Origin: Lophium mytilinum
Taxonomy: Eukaryota
NCBI GenBank assembly: GCA_010093605.1
Contig: MU004197.1
Span: 62,001-126,000, forward strand
Direction: 5' to 3'
Length of the DNA stretch: 64,000 nucleotides
Positions 12,387 through 24,111 of the stretch are shown here, one piece after another. Position numbers and translations under genes: made by a program. Position 1 is the stretch's first letter. Every line of letters begins with the position of its first letter. Under the pieces are notes generated by a model. It saw only the letters and a program-made list of their open reading frames with translations, searched no databases and was not told the DNA's origin.

Positions 12387-14181
12387 ATGGATTACCTAGA
12401 CCCATCCAAGTTCCTCTTCCATTGGCTCCAGCCGCATGGTGCGTCGAGATCCGCCTCCGGCAACGATCAGCCTAGGTTCACGGCCTTCGTCAACACCCTG
12501 CCCTCACATATTGCTGAGCTCGATGAGGAAACTGGCGGCAAAGCGTCGAAGCGGAAATGGAATTTGGCGCAGTATACGGGCAATCGGCGTCCGCCTCCTC
12601 CGGAGAGTGATAGCGACGCGACCGGTTATTGTTCCACTTCTTTGTCACAGAAACTAGAGAGTCTCAATGACTCTTACCGCCGTTTTCGCTTTCGGGAAAC
12701 TAATGGATTTGATCAGCCATGGTACCAAGTTAAAGATATGTGAGTGGAATGTCATTCTTGACTGGTTGAGAGGACAGGTTGTTGACTTGAGCAGTTTACC
12801 AGTCCGCCGCGGGAGTTGTACTACATTATCGGGTTCCGACGCCTTTCCTGCAACTAGGGGCTTGAAAAGGCCGGCATCTGAGATTGAGAATTTATCCGAG
12901 GGAGTGCGTAATGGCGGTCGTAGCGACGAGACTACCGGAGTCTCCTCCCAGGAATCGTCCCTTAGCGACGCTCCCGAGGAGTCAAAGCCTTTGGTACTAG
13001 CGAACCATTTAGGATACAGGGATGGACCACCACCGAAGAGATTCAGGAAAAATCCGTATTACGACTTAAATGTTCCCAGCACTGCCTCGTTTCACGCCGT
13101 ACATGCAGGTTCTACCGAGAAAAGCCCGCACGCGTCGAAGCTGCGCAGGATTGTCAACGCTAAGCTTCGCCCACTTCGAGAAAGACGCAACATTGCTCCG
13201 CGGGGCAAGAAAGTTTCTCCAGAGCAAACGGAAATGACTTGCGAGCTTTTTGACATTGAAAAGAGAACAGAATCAAACATGTCGATGATAAAGAGGAGGT
13301 CGCAGTTCCATAAGTCATCGGCTGATGCAATCATCTCTCCCTCACATGGAATGTCCACCCCACCCCGCGACAACAACGACCCGGAACCCTTTCATCATAT
13401 GGCGCTTCCACCAGCACATCTTAATACTCCTAGAGACGTGCGGCACACCGACGATGCTGGCGGTAAATCGATATCACATCTCCCGTCACCTCCGGACGAA
13501 TCTTGTAACGAATCGAAGACCTCGCAGTCAGAATGCCACAACATCCCTGAACCCCGGGATAATGAAATTCCATTTAACTCACTAACATCCACATTCCTCA
13601 AAGTCACAAAGAGACGAGGAGAATTGACTGATATCGAGTCGAAACAATCCCGACCGTCGAAACCAGCAGCCGGTTGGTTCCAAGCAAACCTTCCAGCGAT
13701 TTCGGTGCCGCAAATCTTTCCCAAGCCTTCGACGTCGAAACGCCAGCGTCAATGGGAAGACAACACCAATGAAGATTATTCAGAAGCGCGTCCCGTAAAG
13801 AGGTTGCGCGGGAATAGTCTGGCTAGATCCTTAGCCGATAGGATATCAATATCAAAGATACGGACAAAAGATACGCAGAGCCCGACTATGCAGTCGAGAA
13901 GCCAAAGCGCGAGAGGAAAAGATTGCATTGACCCGCTTGGTGATGTCGCAACACCGCAAAGCACACAATGGACGCTTGGGGCACCATTTCCGTTCACAGG
14001 ATCGGAGACTAGTCAAGGAGCTCTTGAGGCTCTAGTATTGAGTGCTATCGAAGCCGCGGAGAAAGACGTCCTCCAACGTGCGCTCCAAGAGATCTGTCGC
14101 TCTACTGATACTGGCTTGCAAATTGTGGCGAATGAGCTCCTAGGAAATTGCGAACACATCGGACAAACGGAGTATGGATGA
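12387..14181 (+). CDS. Disordered NLS-rich hypothetical protein, divergent partner of copy 2 (exons 12387-12739 and 12795-14181; ~579 aa)
   Basis: Phase-2 intron at 12740-12794 (GTGAGT...GTTGAC...CAG), with the same length and position as the intron in 5510-6965. Shared motifs lie on both sides of the junction. Confidence 0.8.
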
Positions 14182-14619
14182 GACGGCAACCACTTCATGG
14201 ATAATTCCACAACTAAAAATATCGGTAAGCGATGCGCTCTGAAATACGTCTGAAGCAGACTTTGACAAGGCTACAACTCTAGGTCAATAAAAGCTTTCGA
14301 TCGGCGAGACCGTGCCATCATCCTGCTGTATAGCTTCTGGTCGAGATCACTCGACTCCTGCTCTCAACAGAGCATCCCAAGCCCCGACTCAATGCCGTCA
14401 CATTCTTGTCGAAGGAGGCATGAGTTCTCTACTGAGCAAGACATGCACTCCCACCATTTTGATTGGAGAGGCTCTGCTGTCCCTGCGCCTCCCGCCCATA
14501 CTACGATGAATGGAGAGGGTGAAGCAAGCGCTGTCTAGGCTCACGATCCTGCTGCGGGAACCCGAGCCTAGCTTTCCGGTCCTGGGACTCGCAAAGCTGC
14601 GTAGCGTTGCTACTGGCCC

Positions 14620-15004
14620 GAACATTGTGTGTACCGCTTCGTGGTACCAACACAGAGTAAGGTGGAAATTGGCAGAAAGCAGGTGAAGCTCAGCGCAAAA
14701 AGGCGTGTCTATCGGTGATCAGCGACGGAGTGGTGCACATCTTACACTGGACATATTAGAAAAGCAGCCGATATGTTTCGATATCAAGGCGCTCCGACAT
14801 GGTGTTCTATGTTTTGATGATCTATTCAGGATCTCCATCCTCGAGACACATTACGAGGAGGTACCATCTACCACTCCTTGGCCATGTGCGATATTTGACA
14901 GGACTGATGATGGGATGGGAAACGTTTGCATCGCATTTTTCTGGTTTTTGCAAGTTATTTTGGAGCAGCTTTGATTGTTTTTCGTACTTCGGGATTGCAT
15001 CCAT
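14620..15004 (-). pseudogene. Possible protein-kinase remnant
   Basis: The minus strand reads HPIISPVKYRTWPRSGRWYLLVMCLEDGDPE*IIKT*NTMSE..., resembling kinase HPNI...YLVM...GGDL, and is interrupted by TAG/TAA stops. Confidence 0.3.
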
Positions 15005-15180
15005 TGGTTTTTATGACTTTGGCGCCTTTGCACATTAGTAATTTAGACTTAAAGCGACTTGCCATATGCCTACGTTACACTAGTATAGCACTGCTAAGGA
15101 TATTCCATTGAGCTTCCCGTATTCTAGACACAAGTTCAGAAATCGAGCCACTGCCTTATGACTGACCAGCTATCTACTGG

Positions 15181-15210
15181 CCAGTCTACTCCTCACAGTG
15201 GTGTTTAGCG
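15181..15210 (+). repeat. Solo core of the ~160-bp repeat family
   Basis: ctactcctcacagtggtgt matches the array core consensus CYRCTCCTYACRGTGGYRT. Confidence 0.55.
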
Positions 15211-16544
15211 ACCAAGCGTGTGAATCTTTACATCCTGTTTGCAATGTTTGAATATTTTAGTAGTACCCCAGGTGCTGATAAACAAGGTCAGTCACAGAGC
15301 ACATGGATATCCACAGTAGGGTACTCTAGGCTGCCTTTTGACCGAACGGCATCGCGTCAACTGGTGCCGGGCTTCCAAAACCGGCACTCCAACAGTAGCA
15401 TATGCGAGTCTAGACTTAAGATCCACTATTTTTGGTCACTGGGGGACTAAACAAGAGTTGTCCTTGATGTAGTTTGAATGTTGCTTTGCATTTGAACTTA
15501 GAGAAACATTAGGCCCTGGCACGTGCCTAAAGCCGCTAGCGGGGAACAACCGAGACGCCGGCTGCTGTTAACCGAAACCTTATTTAAACTTGAGACGAAA
15601 CCGTACCCTAAACAACACCATATAATACGCGAGGTGCACATCCCTGTAAACCCTGCTTTTAGACTTAATTGTGGGGACACCTGACACACCTACCCAGCTT
15701 ACAAGCCTTTGGGATATATATTTACTCATTTAGCGGCAAGTGTATGTGGAAGCTCGACACCTGAGGAACGAGCTGTGGAAGTTTCAATTCAAGAAGGGTC
15801 GGACATCTCAGGGCACTTCGGACGGCGGCACCAAGCAGCCACTTGTGCTCGGTCTACTACTCCATATCGAGCCCCAGAGAACTTTGTCCTAAACCTTGAG
15901 CCCTCGTGCTACACTTTGTTAAAGTATCAAAAACGTCAAGAGCTCACCTTCGCTCTCAATTAGGGGGCCATCAATTTCCCGAGCTCACACACACATCAAT
16001 TTAGTTTCAAAGTCTTCCATGTTCGCCCATATCACAGTGTTTTCACATTTTTTTTCCTACTATAGCTATGACCACTACAGAATGCCACATGGTGACGCTC
16101 GACGGGAAGCTAGCTAGTTCATAATGTATCGATACTAGCGCCGGTTAACCCTGTTCGCCCACAGCGTACTTTCAGACGTCTATATAGTCGCTGCCGCTGA
16201 TATTTTCTAGCCATCATTCAACACCAATAATAGTATGGGGAGAACGAGCAACACGTGCCGTAGCCTCACCTAGACATCAGGAGCATGCGCAGTGTCGGTA
16301 GCTTGTCCAAATTTGTAGCCGACTTTTGTGTCTCGATGATGCAGATGCATGACGCAGTATTCGGTGGTCGGTTCGTTCATAGTGGAGTCGGGGCCGTCGT
16401 TCTCGTCGCCGTCTGGATCGCCCGGGGCCTTATCCATCCATTACATCGGTCTCACACCTTGATAAAATCGAACCGTTTGCAACCCTCTTTCAGCTTACGC
16501 ATGACGAGATATCTGAATATCATTCGCGCAATAGTTCAACCCCG

Positions 16545-17520
16545 ATGGATAATACTCGTTTAGGCTTTCAAGAGGCGGCTGTTGCACCACTTGCGATGCA
16601 GATATTCCTCCAGGGTCCTCGGTGTTTGTACACACCTGGAAGTAAGCTCACTCTCGGTGGCTCCGTGACATACGACGGCTCCGAACGGAACAAAGCGAGC
16701 AATCCTGTCAAGGAATTGGAGGGACCATCAACGAGAGCATGTTCGGAAGAACCAAAAGATGGATCACGACCGTCCCCTCGAGTACTTGTACGATGACCCA
16801 CACTGGAGGTAGTAATATTGCTGACAACCGCACCAGCTGCCGCAGAAGAAAGGGAACTACTCTCACCACACTCTCGAAGGTGCATCGAGAACTTGAGTCT
16901 TTAGTCTCACCCTCACGCTCTGAGCGTAAGCGAGCCGATGACGACAATATGTCTCAAGATCGCGATGAATCTGCTTTTGATAAGGCGAACCAGATTTCCC
17001 AAAGACCACGTCCAAAGAAGGCCAGATACACATTCTTCAAGGACTTATATTACCCCAGAGTTCTCGCGCCTCGGAAACGTCAGGAATTGTCGCCACATGT
17101 CACATTTGCTGGTCTACTCTTGAATGGGCCTTCGAAAGCCAAGAGGCTAGCACGCGAGGCTCAGAAGCTGGCGCGCGAGGCTCACATGCAGCGTTTAGAT
17201 GAGATACGACGCTAGACCACAAAGGACTCAGCAGAGACGAAAGCAAATATACCTATCGTCGATGATATTCCTAGGCACCACACTGTCGAGCGGGATCAAC
17301 TTACCGAGGCAATGATTGTAGATCCCCTCGAATAGGGAACCACTGACGATCATGTGTTTCTGGAGCTCCCCGAACTCCCACGCACTCAGCCAAGATTCGA
17401 ACAAGCGGGTTTCGATCTCCAGAAAGCTGCCAGAGAGACCCGCTCCCCGAAGAAAACCTAGTCCGACTAGAACCTACGAAGAGACCGCTGGCATCATGGA
17501 GGCCGACGTTGAAGTCACCA
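16545..17520 (+). pseudogene. Decayed gene for a basic, disordered protein
   Basis: The frame of ORF 16739-17215 continues with coding-like sequence through in-frame TAGs at 17213, 17333, 17459 and 17468, consistent with CAG>TAG. It carries basic clusters RKRADDD and RPKKARY. Confidence 0.45.
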
Positions 17521-17759
17521 CGACGGGCGTGAAGCGGGTTTAGAGGCGGAAGAAAGCGAAGAAAGCAGAGAAAGTATCAAACGGCGTGGTACTCGAAGGA
17601 CGTGTTCTGTGAAGGAGTCCTCTGTTAAATGGAGGGATAGTGAAGAAGGTAATGTGGGGTGAACAGCAGGCTCTGGAGAAGAGAGGCAAAAAATACCCTA
17701 AATAGTCGTTGGAGTAAGAAGATAATTGATAGAGAATTGGAGAGGCTTATCTTTAAGGG

Positions 17760-17960
17760 TTGCCCTAAGCTGTGAAACTCCAGTTGCTCAGCTTTAACAT
17801 TGTTCCCCTAACAATACTGTAGGGCGTGGCCTGGCTGCTAACTAGATGTTTAGTTAAGAGATAGCCTAATCTACACTGATTGAAACTCGACATCGCCTTT
17901 GAGTCCTCAAAGCCCTTGGGGGCTGACACACAATCCCTAGAGATGCGAAAAAGATTGCGA
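17760..17960 (-). repeat. Dispersed copy of the repeat family (long-flank subtype)
   Basis: The reverse complement ggcgatgtcgagtttcaatcagtgtagattaggctatctcttaact...cagccaggccacgccctacagt aligns with 51795-51885 and 63820-63905. Confidence 0.8.
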
Positions 17961-18413
17961 AACTCTATGAAATGTTTGTCACCTTCAAGCATGGGGCTTG
18001 TTTCAGCACTTTTGCGCGATTGTTTGTTCACTAGAAGGATCATCAACGTGGCTCGGGAGTATTAAAGGGTACGACGAAGTCACGCAACCTGACAAGATGA
18101 TTCCTTTCCATAGGCTCATTGCATTATATCTAAGCTGAAGAAAGGCTAAAGTGATAGACTGGCATTAGTCTGGGACACCTTGCGATGGCGTATCTACATT
18201 TGCATGCCCTTTTTAGCCTCCCCCCTAAAATGCCACCTCATATAGAACCTCATACTAGAAGTCCATACAATGCCGCCCATTTTCACCTATGCCGTCAAAC
18301 CTATCGTCTAGAGAATGCCATCCCCTTTTCTATCCTCTCGTAGGTCATAGAATGGCGCCACTCATCGGTAATGTCCCCGCCTGGACAGGTCTCCCGTTCC
18401 CACATCAAGACAC

Positions 18414-21400
18414 TTAGCCACCTAGGTGATTAAGCGCCCTAGTCTTTGCCCCTCGCGGAATTGGCACCCGCGTTGGGGCTGCGCCAACGACTCGTGTTTT
18501 GCGAGTCCTCTTCTTCGCGGGAGGCTGTGCTGTTGGTGCAGCTTCTTCAGACTCCACCACCGCTGCCACTGGTTCTTCGGGTGCAGAAGCCTCCGCGATT
18601 GGTACAGCTTGCTCCGTCTCCAGCACTGTCGCCACTGGTGCTTGGACCACTACAACTTCGTCATCCTCATTGTCCTGTTCTAAAATCTTTTCCGACTCTG
18701 GTCGTGGGGATGGAAGCGCTGGGCCCGCTTGAGTAATGAGTGAATCTGGCTCATTTTCCGCCTGTTCTTGGGTCGGAGGTCCGGTTCCAGAGTCAGAGGT
18801 CGCTTGTGACGTAGATGGTGATAGATATGCTTTAAAGCTGTGTGGCGGAGTAAAGCTTTGTGCTCCTCTGTCGGCAGAACTTAAGGATGTAGCTTGTCCC
18901 GGCGATGCAGGTCCTGGCGGCTGTGTAACCTGGGTTCGTAGCGGAGATCCCGTCTGCACTCCAGCCTCCACATGGATTGGAGACGTAGCTCGTTCCAGTG
19001 GTGTAGATGGCGACAATTGACTCATTGGAGCCGCTACACGGTCAAGATCTTCGAGTTGAGGAACTTGTGTATCGGCAATAGAAGAATCGTCCCTTTCCAA
19101 TGGCCTAGGAACCATTGAGTGAAAATCGGGACCGATGACACGCTCGTGCGCAGAGTGGTAATTCTGTGTCGACGGAAGCGACGAATGGGGGCTAGGCACC
19201 ATAGCCTGGAAATCGGGGCCGAGGACTTGGCCGTGCTCAGAATGGTAATCCTGTGTCGATGGCAGTGAAGGATGTGGGCTGGGAATCATCGACTGGAAGT
19301 CAGGACCGAGAACAACTTCGTGCTCAGAATGGTAGTTCTGTGTCGATGGAAGCGAGGGGTGTGGGCTAGGCACCATTGACTTGAAGTCAGGACCAGTAGC
19401 AACCTCGCGCCGAGAACCATACCCTCGCGTGGATGGAAGTGAGGGATGTGGGCTGGGCACCATCGCCTCGAAGTCAGGACCAATAACAATCTCGCGCTGA
19501 GAACCATATCCCCGCGTTGATGGAAGTGAGGGATGTGGGCTGGACACCATCGCCTCGAAGCCAGGACCAAGAACAACCTCGCGCTCGGAACCATACCCCC
19601 GCGTCGACGGAAGCGAGGGACGAGGTTTGGTCACCATTGAGCGAAATTCTGGCCCAGTAGTTTCATTGTGCTCGGAACTCTGCTTCTGCGTCGATGGAAG
19701 CGAGGCATGGGGTTTGGGAACCATTGACTGGAATTCAGGACCCAGAACATCCTCGATCTCGGAAATGGATCCCGGTTGGCATTCTGAGCTCCGCTCCTCC
19801 TCCTCTTGGTACTCATCCTCCTCTGGGTACTCCTCCTTCTCTGGGTACTCCTCCTCCTCCTCTTGGTCGCTCTGAGTTTGCAGCAGAAATCGGATCCGCT
19901 TCGCACTTGGCAGTGGCACTGCCTTAGCATCCACAAGCTCATGCTTCCTCTTCTTGTCTCGATTAAGATAGGCTTTTCGCAATGTCTCCGCCATAGCTTG
20001 GCTGGAGTTCAAACTCGTGAATTTGGAGTCGTCGCGCCGCTCGGGTCGAGGAACGGAAAGAACCTGCTGTGCAATGTTTCGCCGGGAGAATTTGAACCCT
20101 CCTTCCGGCCGGTCGTCCACGCGGCGCTTCGGGCTCTTTGCGGCTAGTATTTCTTCTATCAGCGAGATGCGTGGCTGATCAGTCGGAAATATCGACCAGT
20201 GACGAGGTGCAGACCGGTTCGCGGGGAGGTTAAGTTGCTTTCCCTGACAAAAGTTCTGTTCGAATGTGTTCAGTGGGAAAGTATGGCCGCACCACTCTAC
20301 GATGTCTTCATCCCGATGTAGTAAAGCCAGATCGAGAAAATGCGGAATCATGAGGATGATCTTAGCCTGCCAGTCAACATTGGCAAAGCTTGTTTGGTCG
20401 ATGGCGGATTGGTCCCATGACTCGCGAAGTATTTCTTCCCGATCCGGAACTCGAAGATGCAGCTTTTCCATGAACCATTCCAGGCTCCGAATCAAGGCGT
20501 ACCGCCCTCGGATCCTAGGGTCACCTTGAATTTCAGGAACCTGTTGCGTCGGATATGCAGCGCGGCGCCTGTCCATGATCCTGTGAAGATAGTCCGGATG
20601 AGCAATACAGAGCAGCTGCGTAAGATTGAACATCCTTGATGGCTGGTGATACCATATATAGAACGTGGCCGTAAATCTCAAGCTGGACTTCTCTTTGCCC
20701 GTGCCCTGAAGAGTCCTATAAGTAGCGACTGCTTCGCTGAGGATCGATGGAAGAGGCTTTTTCCTCGCAAAAGCACGAGCGAAGGCATCAACATGGGTCA
20801 AGGTGCAGAACCCTGTTCCACGACCATCTGGAACGTACTCCTTGCAAAGAGAGACTATGTCTTTCCTATGATCAGGATACATGTCTATGCAACAAAGGAC
20901 GTAGTCTAGGAGGGGCTTCAACTTCACTAGCGCGTCTCCATGCTTTCGCTGGTAAACGGGAATATAAAAATTCCTCAGAACTTTTATCTGACTCCAGTAG
21001 TGAACCTTGTTACCTCCAATGGATCGGACTATTTTGTTCACGTCGGAGACGGTATATGCCCTAATCCCGCTCGACACTTCGTTCACGATCCGATCCAGAG
21101 TCAGGTGGCCCAGAGTATATCCTGGGTGGATGACTGGCGGTGCAAGGAATCGCCTTGATTGTAACATAGCCGCTGCCCTCGTCGAGTCTCGCTTGGCGAT
21201 AGCATCAAGTACCTTGTTCCCGAGTCGGTCAAATTCCAAACCATCGCTATCGTCGGGATAGTTTTCGGCGTCGGTATAGGTGCGTCTAGCAGCCACCAGA
21301 GCTTTCTGCGCGAGGCTATGTGTGTGCCAAGCATGATTATCCTGATCCAATTCGGGTGACTCCAGGTGGGCACCTCTTAGACGCCCAGGAATGTCCTCCA

Positions 21401-22885
21401 TGCGCAGGAACTGTGCAACGACCCTGACGATAGAAGACAGGTCAAACTCGAATAATGCCTGGGTAGTATCGCCTGCCTCCAAGACAATGCTGTTGGAGAA
21501 CCCGGTTAAACATAGATCAGCACCGTTGCGTCCTAGATCGTGGACAAGGACTGTGTCCATGCTCAAGTTGTTGTGCGCCGTAGATGTCTCGTGCATTGTC
21601 TCCACAATGTTCAGGAGTGATTTCATCAGCCAGAGCGCTCCTCGGTGGCGATCCTCCAGGTTCAACTCTTGAGCGTTCTCATTCATGAACTTACGAAGAG
21701 TTACGGCGCGTTGATGATATTCCCCTAGCAAGATCGGTACACCTTTCACGGTGATTGGCTTGCGGAATCGCGCGATTGAGAGAATTGTCTATAAGAAACG
21801 TATGTCAGTCATCTGAATGAATTATGTTCAAGCAAATAGCAAGGGGAGTTTTTACTTACATGCAATCCGTTCACCAATTCGAAATGGTCGTTGGCCATTT
21901 TATGTCCCGAATATCCCTTGGGAAGTATATGTGCCACGAGGTGTTCGCCATTGAATGGATCCAATGCGAGATACGTCTCGCGTCCCGACTGCGAGGGCAG
22001 TTTGTGAGATCTCAGGACATATATCTGAGTTTCCTCTTCAGCCCGAATACGAGATTTCCTCAGCAGCAATCTATCGTCTACCGATGCCTCGTTGGCCTGT
22101 GCGTTGGTTGCTCCGAAGCTCGCGCCAAGTTTCTCGAGTTTGGCAAAGTCCGAAGACAGAGAAGATCGCGCACAAACACTCGGTAGTCGAATTGGGTAAA
22201 TATAGATCACGATACCCTCAATCTTGACGACATTCCGGGCTTCTGGATTCAAGAAAATCTGATATCGATGGCCAGTCGCATTGCTCTTGGCTTGCATATA
22301 GACATTGTTGACGACAGCAAGCGTAGGAGACGTAGAAGTAACTTCGAGACACCAAGCGTTGGCAACTCGGTCAGGAAAGACGTGGAAGTGTTGTCGACCG
22401 ACCGTGTTTTCGCCATCCTCGGCTGGTACAAGCACGGCACACTGCGCACTTCGGCCGAAGTAGTAGTCGGGGTAGTCGTCATCGTCGTGGAGGAGAACGT
22501 AGGTGCCCACAGGGCCGTTGCCAATCTTCGGTGGCGTTTCGCGTTCTTGCAGCCATGCTTCGCGATCCAGGTCGTTCGGGTTGTAGTGCCTAATATCCAC
22601 TTCCCTGCCATCTATTCGTTTGTAAAGTGGCTCCTTGGAATATCCATGTCGTAGTTCCTTGGCGGCGGCCTCCGCAGGGTTTTGCCACTCTTTGCTGGTC
22701 CTGGAATCGAAGATCTGATAGGAACGGGACAAGGGAACTTCGCCAGGTGCCGTGTACCGTCCGTATTCATTGACTGCATTGGCGCCTGCGTGGTGGACGT
22801 GTACGAGCAGATTGACCCCCGCAGGGCTGTTTTTGACAAGAGCAATAGGTAGGTCCGGGGACGAGTTGGTGAAATACGGATTCAT
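18414..22885 (-). CDS. FHA + pseudokinase + KilA-N/APSES-like protein with tandem-repeat tail, copy 3 (exons 22885-21860 and 21788-18414; ~1466 aa)
   Basis: Phase-0 intron at 21789-21859 (GTAAGT...ACTGAC...TAG). Clearest FHA of the three: YYFGRSAQC...VGRQHFHV...WCLEVTS. Kinase-like METMHETSTAHNNLSMDTVLV-type segment followed by LTGFS. KilA-N-like WYHQPSRMFNLTQLLCIA...EIQGDPRIRGRY. Confidence 0.85.
19105..19750 (-). repeat. Coding tandem repeat, 87 bp (29 aa), ~7.5 copies
   Basis: Unit GPDFxxMVPSPHPSLPSTxxYxSxxExVx. The motif ggaagcga/ggaagtga recurs at 19348, 19435, 19522, 19609 and 19696. Confidence 0.95.
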
Positions 22886-24111
22886 TTTCGAAGCCGGAAG
22901 ACGGCCGCTCCGTGAGGTCCGCAGACACGAGAGACACGATTGTTGTAGGTAGAGGTGCGAAGTGGGGGTAGCAAGGAGTGTAGAGAGGGATTGCGGGTTG
23001 CAAGAAGGTGGTGTGGTGTGTGGGTAGAGAAGTGTGGTTGATGGTAGTGAAAGCCGTTCCAGAGTTCGCTGAGGATGATATTTATATGCATTTTCTCCCC
23101 GCGGGCGGCACCTACATGGTGGTCATGCGGACAACGTGAGCTAGCTTATGGTGAATGTTACATACATTGCACTGTGCGCCTAGGCGACATTGAGCATTCC
23201 GAGAGGTATTCGAGGCACGCTCCATTTATGATCCAGGAGCGACCAATTGTGCATAGAAAACTTTCACTATTCTAGGAGTGCGACATGTAGACATGGCCCG
23301 ATTCACTGCCCAGCGATCTATCAACGTTTCCGGTTTGGCGCTGCAACCTAATAACTACCCCACATCCCTATTCTCCCCACGCACAGCTACGTCCTTTGAT
23401 CTTCCAATTAGTCAAAGCGGGAGGTTCGACTCGAAGCATCTGTCGCGAATACTCAAGCGAAGATGTAGGTGGCGGGCTGTTTCTGTTTGACGGAAAGGAG
23501 TCTTTATAGACTGTAGTTTCGATGGGTTGGGCTTAACTCTAGACACGCAGGCACGGCAGGTAGCACTGTAACAGACGGAGGGGCTACGCATATAAGTCTT
23601 TGTATGGCGCCAAATGCGGTCTTAGGTATAGCTTTATGTAAGTTCTCCCTCTTACACTCTCTTATATAGCCTCCTTTACCGCCTCTCATACACTCTCCCA
23701 TGCGCCTTTCAAGACGGCTTCTCATGAAGTCGAGGGGGTTCAATAGTCTCCAGACCCGAAAACATGAGAACTAAGCTGCAGAGACAACTCCATGCAGATC
23801 TATGCTAGACCAGACAGACAAGGGGCGAGAGTGTGTAGCTAGTAGTCTGCCTGCAATCTCTCTACCCAGCATGGGCGTCGTGCAATGCTTGTCTTACGTG
23901 AAGTCACCAAAGTTCCGGCTATCGTAGCCCGCCGGTTCGAGACACCATTCACTATGATAGAAAACAGCTTTTAAGAGTCTCTTGTCCTTGCCGTGTTTCC
24001 AAGAAAAACTCTGCTCACTTCCTTGCCACAACCTTGACTGTAGTTGCCTCCACACACCACCCACCACTCTATCAATACGATTTTGAAACCTAACTCCAAT
24101 ACTTCGCCATT

